A DNA stretch of 35,053 nt. Origin: Azolla caroliniana (lineage: Eukaryota > Plantae > Polypodiophyta). The stretch spans positions 1 to 35,053 of the forward strand of contig JBHGNT010000322.1 in NCBI GenBank assembly GCA_043228905.1, given 5' to 3'. The position numbers and the translations under genes were made by a program. The notes below the pieces were generated by a model that saw only the letters and a list, made by a program, of their open reading frames with translations, was not told the origin of the DNA and did no database searches. This document shows, one piece after another, positions 12,601 through 26,871 of the stretch (positions within the stretch are counted from its first letter, which is position 1; every line of letters begins with the position of its first letter).

Positions 12601-15120
12601 GATTTTTTAATTCCATATCATAGCTAGCGTTGTTAGCTTCGATTCGCATGTTTGAACACAAAAATCCGATATCACACGAGCCAGGTATGAACATTTTAAT
12701 TTACTCAAGGGCTTCTCTCAACTCACTCCTCAAATTTGGTAATTTCGTCATGTCTAGCGACCTGAGTTTGAAAATCTTGATTTTTTAATTCCATATCATA
12801 GCTAGCGTTGTTAGCTTCGATTCGCATGTTTGAACACAGAAATCCGATATCACACGAGCCAGGTATGAACATTTTAATTTACTCAAGGGCTTCTCTCAAC
12901 TCACTCCTCAAATTTGGTAATCTCATCATGTCTCTCGACCTGAGTTTCAAAATCTTGATTTCTTAATTCCATATCATAGCTAGCGTTGTTAGCTTCGATT
13001 CGCATGTTTGAACACAAAAATCCGATATCACACGAGCCAGGTATGAACATTTTAATTTACTCAAGGGCTTCTCTCAACTCACTCCTCAAATTTGGTAATC
13101 TCATCATGTCTCTCGACCTGAGTTTTAAAATCTTGATTTTTTAATTCCATATCATAGCTAGCGTAGTTAGCTTCGATTTGCATGTTTGAACACAAAAATC
13201 CGATATCACACGAGCCAGGTATGAACATTTTAATTTAACTCATAGCTCTTCTTAACTCACTCCTCAAATTTGGTAATTTCGTCATGTCTCGCGACCTGAG
13301 TTTCAAAATCTTGATTTTTTAATTCCATATCATAGCTAGCGTTGTTAGCTTCGATTCGCATGTTTGAACACAAAAATCCGATATCACACGAGCCAGGTAT
13401 GAACATTTTAATTTAACTCATAGCTCTTCTTAACTCACTCCTCAAATTTGGTATTTTCGTCATGTCTCTCGACCTGAGTTTCAAAATCTTGATTTTCTAA
13501 TTCCATATCATAGCTAGCGTTGTTAGCTTCGATTCTCATGTTTGAACACAAAAATCCGATATCACACGAGCCAGGTATGAACATTTTAATTTACTCAAGG
13601 GCTTCTCTCAACTCACTCCTCAAATTTGGTAATCTCATCATGTCTCTCGACCTGAGTTTCAAAATCTTGATTTTTTAATTCCATATCATAGCTAGCGTAG
13701 TTAGCTTCGATTTGCATGTTTGAACACAAAAATCTCATATCACACGAGCCAGGTATGAACATTTTAATTTACTCAAGGGCTTCTCTCAACTCACTCCTCA
13801 AATTTGGTAATCTCATCATGTCTCTCGACCTGAGTTTCAAAATCTTGATTTTTTAATTCCATATCATAGCTAGCGTTGTTAGCTTCGATTCGCATGTTTG
13901 AACACAAAAATCCGATATCACACGAGCCAGGTATGAACATTTTAATTTACTCAAGGGCTTCTCTCAACTCACTCCTCAAATTTGGTAATTTCGTCATGTC
14001 TCGCGACCTGAGTTTGAAAATCTTGATTTTTTAATTCCATATCATAGCTAGCGTTGTTAGCTTCGATTCGCATGTTTGAACACAAAAATCCGATATCACA
14101 CGAGCCAGGTATGAACATTTTAATTTACTCAAGGGCTTCTCTCAACTCACTCCTCAAATTTGGTAATCTCGTCATGTCTCGCGACCTGAGTTTGAAAATC
14201 TTGATTTTTTAATTCCATATCATAGCTAGCGTTGTTAGCTTCGATTCGCATGTTTGAACACAAAAATCCGATATCACACGAGCCAGGTATGAACATTTTA
14301 ATTTACTCAAGGGCTTCTCTCAACTCACTCCTCAAATTTGGTAATCTCATCATGTCTCTCGACCTGAGTTTCAAAATCTTGATTTCTTAATTCCATATCA
14401 TAGCTAGCGTTGTTAGCTTCGATTCGCATGTTTGAACACAAAAATCCGATATCACACGAGCCAGGTATGAACATTTTAATTTACTCAAGGGCTTCTCTCA
14501 ACTCACTCCTCAAATTTGGTAATCTCATCATGTCTCTCGACCTGAGTTTTAAAATCTTGATTTCTTAATTCCATATCATAGCTAGCATTGTTAGCTTCGA
14601 TTCGCATGTTTGAACACAAAAATCCGATATCACACGAGCCAGGTATGAACATTTTAATTTACTCAAGGGCTTCTCTCAACTCACTCCTCAAATTTGGTAA
14701 TCTCATCATGTCTCTCGACCTGAGTTTTAAAATCTTGATTTTTTAATTCCATATCATAGCTAGCATTGTTAGCTTCGATTCGCATGTTTGAACACAAAAA
14801 TCCGATATCACACGAGCCAGGTATGAACATTTTAATTTAACTCATAGCTCTTCTTAACTCACTCCTCAAATTTGGTAATTTCGTCATGGCTCTCGACCTG
14901 AGTTTCAAAATCTTGATTTTTTAATTCCATATCATAGCTAGCGTTGTTAGCTTCGATTCGCATGTTTGAACACAAAAATCCGATATCACACGAGCCAGGT
15001 ATGAACATTTTAATTTAACTCATAGCTCTTCCTAACTCACTCCTCAAATTTGGTAATCTCATCATGTCTTCCGACCTGAGTTTCAAAATCTTGATTTTTT
15101 AACTCCATATCATAGCTAGC
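9611..15120 (+). repeat. Segmental duplication within the array, copy 2 (monomers M55-M85)
   Basis: Marker-for-marker match to 3382-8710, with one extra monomer (13704-14059 is two monomers where copy 1 has one chimera at 7475). Confidence 0.88.
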
Positions 15121-17440
15121 ATTGTTAGCTTCGATTCGCATGTTTGAACACAAAAATCCGATATCACACGAGCCAGGTATGAACATTTTAATTTAACTCA
15201 TAGCTCTTCTTAACTCACTCCTCAAATTTGGTATTTTCGTCATGTCTCTCGACCTGAGTTTCAAAATCTTCATTTTCTAATTCGATATCATATCTAGCGT
15301 TGTTAGCTTCGATTCTCATGTTTGAACACAAAAATCCGATATCACACGAGCGAGGTATGAACATTTTAATTTACTCAAGGGCTTCTCTCAACTCACTCCT
15401 CAAATTTGGTAATCTCATCATGTCTCTCGACCTGAGTTTCAAAATCTTGATTTTTTAATTCCATATCATAGCTAGCGTAGTTAGCTTCGATTTGCATGTT
15501 TGAACACAAAAATCTCATATCACACGAGCCAGGTATGAACATTTTAATTTACTCAAGGGCTTCTCTCAACTCACTCCTCAAATTTGGTAATCTCATCATG
15601 TCTCTCGACCTGAGTTTCAAAATCTTGATTTTTTAATTCCATATCATAGCTAGCGTTGTTAGCTTCGATTCCCATGTTTGAACACAAAAATCTCATATCA
15701 CACGAGCCAGGTATGAACATTTTAATTTACTCAAGGGCTTCTCTCAACTCACTCCTCAAATTTGGTAATCTCATCATGTCTCTCGACCTGAGTTTCAAAA
15801 TCTTGATATTTTAATTCCATAACATAGCTAGCGTTGTTAGCTTCGATTCGCATGTTTGAACACAAAATTCTGATATCACACGAACCAGGTATGAACATTT
15901 TAATTTACTCAAGGGCTTCTCTCAACTCACTCCTCAAATTTGGTAATCTCATCATGTCTCTCGACCTGAGTTTCAAAATCTTGATTTTTTAATTCCATAT
16001 CATAGCTAGCGTTGTTAGCTTCGATTCTTATGTTTGAACACAAAAATCCGATATCACACGAGCCAGGTAAGAACATTTTAATTTACTCAAGGGCTTCTCT
16101 CAACTCAGTCCTCAAATTTGGTAATCTCATCATGTCTCTCGACCTGAGTTTCAAAATCTTGATTTTTTAATTCCATATCATAGCTGCGTTGTTAGCTTCG
16201 ATTCCCATGTTTGAACACAAAAATCTCATATCACACGAGCCAGGTATGAACATTTTAATTTACTCAAGGGCTTCTCTCAAATCACTCCTCAAATTTGGTA
16301 ATCTCATCATGTCTCTCGACCTGAGTTTGAAAATCTTGATTTTTTAATTCCATATCATAGCTAGCGTAGTTAGCTTCGATTCGCATGTTTGAACACAAAA
16401 ATCCGATATCACACGAGCCAGGTATGAACATTTTAATTTAACTCATAGCTCTTCTTAACTCACTCCTCAAATTTGGTAATTTCGTCATGTCTCTCGACCT
16501 GAGTTTCAAAATCTTGATTTTTTAATTCCATATCATAGCTAGCGTTGTTAGCTTCGATTCGCATGTTTGAACACAAAAATCCGATATCACACGAGCCAGG
16601 TATGAACATTTTAATTTACTCAAGGGCTTCTCTCAACTCACTCCTCAAATTTGGTAATTTCGTCATGTCTCTCGACCTGAGTTTGAAAATCTTGATTTTT
16701 TAATTCCATATCATAGCTAGCGTTGTTAGCTTCGATTCGCATGTTTGAACACAAAAATCCGATATCACACGAGCCAGGTATGAACATTTTAATTTACTCA
16801 AGGGCTTCTCTCAACTCACTCCTCAAATTTGGTAATCTCATCATGTCTCTCGACCTGAGTTTCAAAATCTTGATTTCTTAATTCCATATCATAGCTAGCG
16901 TTGTTAGCTTCGATTCGCATGTTTGAACACAAAAATCCGATATCACACGAGCCAGGTATGAACATTTTAATTTACTCAAGGGCTTCTCTCAACTCACTCC
17001 TCAAATTTGGTAATCTCATCATGTCTCTCGACCTGAGTTTTAAAATCTTGATTTTTTAATTCCATATCATAGCTAGCGTAGTTAGCTTCGATTTGCATGT
17101 TTGAACACAAAAATCCGATATCACACGAGCCAGGTATGAACATTTTAATTTAACTCATAGCTCTTCTTAACTCACTCCTCAAATTTGGTAATTTCGTCAT
17201 GTCTCGCGACCTGAGTTTCAAAATCTTGATTTTTTAATTCGATATCATAGCTAGCGTTGTTAGCTTCGATTCGCATGTTTGAACACAAAAATCCGATATC
17301 ACACGAGCCAGGTATGAACATTTTAATTTAACTCATAGCTCTTCTTAACTCACTCCTCAAATTTGGTATTTTCGTCATGTCTCTCGACCTGAGTTTCAAA
17401 ATCTTGATTTTCTAATTCCATATCATAGCTAGCGTTGTTA
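14416..17440 (+). repeat. Block duplicated at 21534-24558 (offset 7118 bp, 40 monomers)
   Basis: Shared private markers: CACGAACCAGG (monomers at 15840 and 22958) and TTTCGTCATGTCTCTCGACCTGAGTTTG in A-type monomers (16551 and 23669); same monomer order. Confidence 0.85.
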
Positions 17441-17796
17441 GCTTCGATTCTCATGTTTGAACACAAAAATCCGATATCACACGAGCGAGGTATGAACATT
17501 TTAATTTACTCAAGGGCTTCTCTCAACTCACTCCTCAAATTTGGTAATCTCATCATGTCTCTCGACCTGAGTTCAAAAATCTTGATTTTTTAATTCCATA
17601 TCATAGCTAGCGTTGTTAGCTTCGATTCGCATGTTTGAACACAAAAATCCGATATCACACGAGCCAGGTAAGAACATTTTAATTTACTCAAGGGCTTCTC
17701 TCAACTCACTCCTCAAATTTGGTAATCTCATCATGTCTCTCGACCTGAGTTTCAAAATCTTGATTTTTTAATTCCATATCATAGCTAGCGTTGTTA

Positions 17797-20109
17797 GCTT
17801 CGATTCCCATGTTTGAACACAAAAATCTCATATCACACGAGCCAGGTATGAACATTTTAATTTACTCAAGGGCTTCTCTCAACTCACTCCTCAAATTTGG
17901 TAATCTCATCATGTCTCTCGACCTGAGTTTCAAAATCTTGATATTTTAATTCCATAACATAGCTAGCGTTGTTAGCTTCGATTCGCATGTTTGAACACAA
18001 AATTCTGATATCACACGAGCCAGGTATGAACATTTTAATTTACTCAAGGGCTTCTCTCAACTCACTCCTCAAATTTGGTAATCTCATCATGTCTCTCGAC
18101 CTGAGTTTCAAAATCTTGATTTTTTAATTCCATATCATAGCTAGCGTTGTTAGCTTCGATTCTTATGTTTGAACACAAAAATCCGATATCACACGAGCCA
18201 GGTAAGAACATTTTAATTTACTCAAGGGCTTCTCTCAACTCAGTCCTCAAATTTGGTAATCTCATCATGTCTCTCGACCTGAGTTTCAAAATCTTGATTT
18301 TTTAATTCCATATCATAGCTGCGTTGTTAGCTTCGATTCCCATGTTTGAACACAAAAATCTCATATCACACGAGCCAGGTATGAACATTTTAATTTACTC
18401 AAGGGCTTCTCTCAAATCACTCCTCAAATTTGGTAATCTCATCATGTCTCTCGACCTGAGTTTGAAAATCTTGATTTTTTAATTCCATATCATAGCTAGC
18501 GTAGTTAGCTTCGATTCGCATGTTTGAACACAAAAATCCGATATCACACGAGCCAGGTATGAACATTTTAATTTAACTCATAGCTCTTCTTAACTCACTC
18601 CTCAAATTTGGTAATTTCGTCATGTCTCTCGACCTGAGTTTCAAAATCTTGATTTTTTAATTCCATATCATAGCTAGCGTTGTTAGCTTCGATTCGCATG
18701 TTTGAACACAAAAATCCGATATCACACGAGCCAGGTATGAACATTTTAATTTACTCAAGGGCTTCTCTCAACTCACTCCTCAAATTTGGTAATTTCGTCA
18801 TGTCTAGCGACCTGAGTTTGAAAATCTTGATTTTTTAATTCCATATCATAGCTAGCGTTGTTAGCTTCGATTCGCATGTTTGAACACAGAAATCCGATAT
18901 CACACGAGCCAGGTATGAACATTTTAATTTACTCAAGGGCTTCTCTCAACTCACTCCTCAAATTTGGTAATCTCATCATGTCTCTCGACCTGAGTTTCAA
19001 AATCTTGATTTCTTAATTCCATATCATAGCTAGCGTTGTTAGCTTCGATTCGCATGTTTGAACACAAAAATCCGATATCACACGAGCCAGGTATGAACAT
19101 TTTAATTTACTCAAGGGCTTCTCTCAACTCACTCCTCAAATTTGGTAATCTCATCATGTCTCTCGACCTGAGTTTTAAAATCTTGATTTTTTAATTCCAT
19201 ATCATAGCTAGCGTAGTTAGCTTCGATTTGCATGTTTGAACACAAAAATCCGATATCACACGAGCCAGGTATGAACATTTTAATTTAACTCATAGCTCTT
19301 CTTAACTCACTCCTCAAATTTGGTAATTTCGTCATGTCTCGCGACCTGAGTTTCAAAATCTTGATTTTTTAATTCCATATCATAGCTAGCGTTGTTAGCT
19401 TCGATTCGCATGTTTGAACACAAAAATCCGATATCACACGAGCCAGGTATGAACATTTTAATTTAACTCATAGCTCTTCTTAACTCACTCCTCAAATTTG
19501 GTATTTTCGTCATGTCTCTCGACCTGAGTTTCAAAATCTTGATTTTCTAATTCCATATCATAGCTAGCGTTGTTAGCTTCGATTCTCATGTTTGAACACA
19601 AAAATCCGATATCACACGAGCGAGGTATGAACATTTTAATTTACTCAAGGGCTTCTCTCAACTCACTCCTCAAATTTGGTAATCTCATCATGTCTCTCGA
19701 CCTGAGTTTCAAAATCTTGATTTTTTAATTCCATATCATAGCTAGCGTAGTTAGCTTCGATTTGCATGTTTGAACACAAAAATCTCATATCACACGAGCC
19801 AGGTATGAACATTTTAATTTACTCAAGGGCTTCTCTCAACTCACTCCTCAAATTTGGTAATCTCATCATGTCTCTCGACCTGAGTTTCAAAATCTTGATT
19901 TTTTAATTCCATATCATAGCTAGCGTTGTTAGCTTCGATTCGCATGTTTGAACACAAAAATCCGATATCACACGAGCCAGGTATGAACATTTTAATTTAC
20001 TCAAGGGCTTCTCTCAACTCACTCCTCAAATTTGGTAATTTCGTCATGTCTCGCGACCTGAGTTTGAAAATCTTGATTTTTTAATTCCATATCATAGCTA
20101 GCGTTGTTA
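17797..20109 (+). repeat. Third copy of the 13-monomer run at 11747-14059 (offset 6050 bp, 34 monomers)
   Basis: Carries the TCTAGCGA and ACACAGAAAT markers in adjacent monomers (18686, 18864), as at 12636/12814 and 6407/6585. Confidence 0.82.
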
Positions 20110-21533
20110 GCTTCGATTCGCATGTTTGAACACAAAAATCCGATATCACACGAGCCAGGTATGAACATTTTAATTTACTCAAGGGCTTCTCTCAACTCAC
20201 TCCTCAAATTTGGTAATCTCATCATGTCTCTCGACCTGAGTTTCAAAATCTTGATTTCTTAATTCGATATCATAGCTAGCGTTGTTAGCTTCGATTCGCA
20301 TGTTTGAACACAAAAATCCGATATCACACGAGCCAGGTATGAACATTTTAATTTAACTCATAGCTCTTCTTAACTCACTCCTCAAATTTGGTATTTTCGT
20401 CATGTCTCTCGACCTGAGTTTCAAAATCTTGATTTTCTAATTCCATATCATAGCTAGCGTTGTTAGCTTCGATTCTCATGTTTGAACACAAAAATCCGAT
20501 ATCACACGAGCGAGGTATGAACATTTTAATTTACTCAAGGGCTTCTCTCAACTCACTCCTCAAATTTGGTAATCTCATCATGTCTCTCGACCTGAGTTCA
20601 AAAATCTTGATTTTTTAATTCCATATCATAGCTAGCGTTGTTAGCTTCGATTCTTATGTTTGAACACAAAAATCCGATATCACACGAGCCAGGTAAGAAC
20701 ATTTTAATTTACTCAAGGGCTTCTCTCAACTCACTCCTCAAATTTGGTAATCTCATCATGTCTCTGGACCTGAGTTTCAAAATCTTGATTTTTTAATTCC
20801 ATATCATAGCTAGCGTTGTTAGCTTCGATTCGCATGTTTGAACACAAAAATCCGATATCACACGAGCCAGGTATGAACATTTTAATTTACTCAAGGGCTT
20901 CTCTCAACTCACTCCTCAAATTTGGTAATTTCGTCATGTCTCGCGACCTGAGTCTGAAAATCTTGATTTTTTAATTCCATATCATAGCTAGCGTTGTTAG
21001 CTTCGATTCGCATGTTTGAACACAAAAATCCGATATCCCACGAGCCAGGTATGAACATTTTAATTTAACTCATAGCTCTTCTTAACTCACTCCTCAAATT
21101 TGGTAATTTCGTCATGTCTCTCGACCTGAGTTTCAAAATCTTGATTTTTTAATTCCATATCATAGCTAGCGTTGTTAGCTTCGATTCGCATGTTTGAACA
21201 CAAAAATCCGATATCACACGAGCCAGGTATGAACATTTTAATTTACTCAAGGGCTTCTCTCAACTCACTCCTCAAATTTGGTAATTTCGTCATGTCTCGC
21301 GACCTGAGTTTGAAAATCTTGATTTTTTAATTCCATATCATAGCTAGCGTTGTTAGCTTCGATTCGCATGTTTGAACACAAAAATCCGATATCACACGAG
21401 CCAGGTATGAACATTTTAATTTACTCAAGGGCTTCTCTCAACTCACTCCTCAAATTTGGTAATCTCATCATGTCTCTCGACCTGAGTTTGAAAATCTTGA
21501 TTTCTTAATTCCATATCATAGCTAGCGTTGTTA

Positions 21534-24500
21534 GCTTCGATTCGCATGTTTGAACACAAAAATCCGATATCACACGAGCCAGGTATGAACATTTTAATTT
21601 ACTCAAGGGCTTCTCTCAACTCACTCCTCAAATTTGGTAATCTCATCATGTCTCTCGACCTGAGTTTTAAAATCTTGATTTCTTAATTCCATATCATAGC
21701 TAGCATTGTTAGCTTCGATTCGCATGTTTGAACACAAAAATCCGATATCACACGAGCCAGGTATGAACATTTTAATTTACTCAAGGGCTTCTCTCAACTC
21801 ACTCCTCAAATTTGGTAATCTCATCATGTCTCTCGACCTGAGTTTTAAAATCTTGATTTTTTAATTCCATATCATAGCTAGCATTGTTAGCTTCGATTCG
21901 CATGTTTGAACACAAAAATCCGATATCACACGAGCCAGGTATGAACATTTTAATTTAACTCATAGCTCTTCTTAACTCACTCCTCAAATTTGGTAATTTC
22001 GTCATGGCTCTCGACCTGAGTTTCAAAATCTTGATTTTTTAATTCCATATCATAGCTAGCGTTGTTAGCTTCGATTCGCATGTTTGAACACAAAAATCCG
22101 ATATCACACGAGCCAGGTATGAACATTTTAATTTAACTCATAGCTCTTCCTAACTCACTCCTCAAATTTGGTAATCTCATCATGTCTTCCGACCTGAGTT
22201 TCAAAATCTTGATTTTTTAACTCCATATCATAGCTAGCATTGTTAGCTTCGATTCGCATGTTTGAACACAAAAATCCGATATCACACGAGCCAGGTATGA
22301 ACATTTTAATTTAACTCATAGCTCTTCTTAACTCACTCCTCAAATTTGGTATTTTCGTCATGTCTCTCGACCTGAGTTTCAAAATCTTCATTTTCTAATT
22401 CGATATCATATCTAGCGTTGTTAGCTTCGATTCTCATGTTTGAACACAAAAATCCGATATCACACGAGCGAGGTATGAACATTTTAATTTACTCAAGGGC
22501 TTCTCTCAACTCACTCCTCAAATTTGGTAATCTCATCATGTCTCTCGACCTGAGTTTCAAAATCTTGATTTTTTAATTCCATATCATAGCTAGCGTAGTT
22601 AGCTTCGATTTGCATGTTTGAACACAAAAATCTCATATCACACGAGCCAGGTATGAACATTTTAATTTACTCAAGGGCTTCTCTCAACTCACTCCTCAAA
22701 TTTGGTAATCTCATCATGTCTCTCGACCTGAGTTTCAAAATCTTGATTTTTTAATTCCATATCATAGCTAGCGTTGTTAGCTTCGATTCCCATGTTTGAA
22801 CACAAAAATCTCATATCACACGAGCCAGGTATGAACATTTTAATTTACTCAAGGGCTTCTCTCAACTCACTCCTCAAATTTGGTAATCTCATCATGTCTC
22901 TCGACCTGAGTTTCAAAATCTTGATATTTTAATTCCATAACATAGCTAGCGTTGTTAGCTTCGATTCGCATGTTTGAACACAAAATTCTGATATCACACG
23001 AACCAGGTATGAACATTTTAATTTACTCAAGGGCTTCTCTCAACTCACTCCTCAAATTTGGTAATCTCATCATGTCTCTCGACCTGAGTTTCAAAATCTT
23101 GATTTTTTAATTCCATATCATAGCTAGCGTTGTTAGCTTCGATTCTTATGTTTGAACACAAAAATCCGATATCACACGAGCCAGGTAAGAACATTTTAAT
23201 TTACTCAAGGGCTTCTCTCAACTCAGTCCTCAAATTTGGTAATCTCATCATGTCTCTCGACCTGAGTTTCAAAATCTTGATTTTTTAATTCCATATCATA
23301 GCTGCGTTGTTAGCTTCGATTCCCATGTTTGAACACAAAAATCTCATATCACACGAGCCAGGTATGAACATTTTAATTTACTCAAGGGCTTCTCTCAAAT
23401 CACTCCTCAAATTTGGTAATCTCATCATGTCTCTCGACCTGAGTTTGAAAATCTTGATTTTTTAATTCCATATCATAGCTAGCGTAGTTAGCTTCGATTC
23501 GCATGTTTGAACACAAAAATCCGATATCACACGAGCCAGGTATGAACATTTTAATTTAACTCATAGCTCTTCTTAACTCACTCCTCAAATTTGGTAATTT
23601 CGTCATGTCTCTCGACCTGAGTTTCAAAATCTTGATTTTTTAATTCCATATCATAGCTAGCGTTGTTAGCTTCGATTCGCATGTTTGAACACAAAAATCC
23701 GATATCACACGAGCCAGGTATGAACATTTTAATTTACTCAAGGGCTTCTCTCAACTCACTCCTCAAATTTGGTAATTTCGTCATGTCTCTCGACCTGAGT
23801 TTGAAAATCTTGATTTTTTAATTCCATATCATAGCTAGCGTTGTTAGCTTCGATTCGCATGTTTGAACACAAAAATCCGATATCACACGAGCCAGGTATG
23901 AACATTTTAATTTACTCAAGGGCTTCTCTCAACTCACTCCTCAAATTTGGTAATCTCATCATGTCTCTCGACCTGAGTTTCAAAATCTTGATTTCTTAAT
24001 TCCATATCATAGCTAGCGTTGTTAGCTTCGATTCGCATGTTTGAACACAAAAATCCGATATCACACGAGCCAGGTATGAACATTTTAATTTACTCAAGGG
24101 CTTCTCTCAACTCACTCCTCAAATTTGGTAATCTCATCATGTCTCTCGACCTGAGTTTTAAAATCTTGATTTTTTAATTCCATATCATAGCTAGCGTAGT
24201 TAGCTTCGATTTGCATGTTTGAACACAAAAATCCGATATCACACGAGCCAGGTATGAACATTTTAATTTAACTCATAGCTCTTCTTAACTCACTCCTCAA
24301 ATTTGGTAATTTCGTCATGTCTCGCGACCTGAGTTTCAAAATCTTGATTTTTTAATTCCATATCATAGCTAGCGTTGTTAGCTTCGATTCGCATGTTTGA
24401 ACACAAAAATCCGATATCACACGAGCCAGGTATGAACATTTTAATTTAACTCATAGCTCTTCTTAACTCACTCCTCAAATTTGGTATTTTCGTCATGTCT

Positions 24501-24558
24501 CTCGACCTGAGTTTCAAAATCTTGATTTTCTAATTCCATATCATAGCTAGCGTTGTTA
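21534..24558 (+). repeat. Copy of block 14416-17440
   Basis: Same 17-monomer order and the same private SNPs (GAACCAGG; TCTCTC in the TTTG-bearing monomer). Confidence 0.85.
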
Positions 24559-26871
24559 GCTTCGATTCTCATGTTTGAACACAAAAATCCGATATCACAC
24601 GAGCGAGGTATGAACATTTTAATTTACTCAAGGGCTTCTCTCAACTCACTCCTCAAATTTGGTAATCTCATCATGTCTCTCGACCTGAGTTTCAAAATCT
24701 TGATTTTTTAATTCCATATCATAGCTAGCGTAGTTAGCTTCGATTTGCATGTTTGAACACAAAAATCTCATATCACACGAGCCAGGTATGAACATTTTAA
24801 TTTACTCAAGGGCTTCTCTCAACTCACTCCTCAAATTTGGTAATCTCATCATGTCTCTCGACCTGAGTTTCAAAATCTTGATTTTTTAATTCCATATCAT
24901 AGCTAGCGTTGTTAGCTTCGATTCGCATGTTTGAACACAAAAATCCGATATCACACGAGCCAGGTATGAACATTTTAATTTACTCAAGGGCTTCTCTCAA
25001 CTCACTCCTCAAATTTGGTAATTTCGTCATGTCTCGCGACCTGAGTTTGAAAATCTTGATTTTTTAATTCCATATCATAGCTAGCGTTGTTAGCTTCGAT
25101 TCGCATGTTTGAACACAAAAATCCGATATCACACGAGCCAGGTATGAACATTTTAATTTACTCAAGGGCTTCTCTCAACTCACTCCTCAAATTTGGTAAT
25201 CTCATCATGTCTCTCGACCTGAGTTTCAAAATCTTGATTTCTTAATTCGATATCATAGCTAGCGTTGTTAGCTTCGATTCGCATGTTTGAACACAAAAAT
25301 CCGATATCACACGAGCCAGGTATGAACATTTTAATTTACTCAAGGGCTTCTCTCAACTCACTCCTCAAATTTGGTAATCTCATCATGTCTCTCGACCTGA
25401 GTTTTAAAATCTTGATTTTTTAATTCCATATCATAGCTAGCATTGTTAGCTTCGATTCGCATGTTTGAACACAAAAATCCGATATCACACGAGCCAGGTA
25501 TGAACATTTTAATTTAACTCATAGCTCTTCTTAACTCACTCCTCAAATTTGGTAATTTCGTCATGGCTCTCGACCTGAGTTTCAAAATCTTGATTTTTTA
25601 ATTCCATATCATAGCTAGCGTTGTTAGCTTCGATTTGCATGTTTGAACACAAAAATCCGATATCACACGAGCCAGGTATGAACATTTTAATTTAACTCAT
25701 AGCTCTTCTTAACTCACTCCTCAAATTTGGTAATTTCGTCATGTCTCGCGACCTGAGTTTCAAAATCTTGATTTTTTAATTCCATATCATAGCTAGCGTT
25801 GTTAGCTTCGATTCGCATGTTTGAACACAAAAATCCGATATCACACGAGCCAGGTATGAACATTTTAATTTAACTCATAGCTCTTCTTAACTCACTCCTC
25901 AAATTTGGTATTTTCGTCATGTCTCTCGACCTGAGTTTCAAAATCTTCATTTTCTAATTCCATATCATAGCTAGCGTTGTTAGCTTCGATTCCCATGTTT
26001 GAACACAAAAATCCGATATCACACGAGCGAGGTATGAACATTTTAATTTACTCAAGGGCTTCTCTCAACTCACTCCTCAAATTTGGTAATCTCATCATGT
26101 CTCTCGACCTGAGTTTCAAAATCTTGATTTTTTAATTCCATATCATAGCTAGCGTACTAGCTTCGATTTGCATGTTTGAACACAAAAATCTCATATCACA
26201 CGAGCCAGGTATGAACATTTTAATTTACTCAAGGGCTTCTCTCAACTCACTCCTCAAATTTGGTAATCTCATCATGTCTCTCGACCTGAGTTTCAAAATC
26301 TTGATTTTTTAATTCCATATCATAGCTAGCGTTGTTAGCTTCGATTCCCATGTTTGAACACAAAAATCTCATATCACACGAGCCAGGTATGAACATTTTA
26401 ATTTACTCAAGGGCTTCTCTCAACTCACTCCTCAAATTTGGTAATCTCATCATGTCTCTCGACCTGAGTTTCAAAATCTTGATTTTTTAATTCCATATCA
26501 TAGCTAGCGTAGTTAGCTTCGATTTGCATGTTTGAACACAAAAATCCGATATCACACGAGCCAGGTATGAACATTTTAATTTAACTCATAGCTCTTCTTA
26601 ACTCACTCCTCAAATTTGGTAATTTCGTCATGGCTCTCGACCTGAGTTTCAAAATCTTGATATTTTAATTCCATAACATAGCTAGCGTTGTTAGCTTCGA
26701 TTTGCATGTTTGAACACAAAAATCTCATATCACACGAGCCAGGTATGAACATTTTAATTTACTCAAGGGCTTCTCTCAACTCACTCCTCAAATTTGGTAA
26801 TCTCATCATGTCTCTCGACCTGAGTTTCAAAATCTTGATTTTTTAATTCCATATCATAGCTAGCGTTGTTA

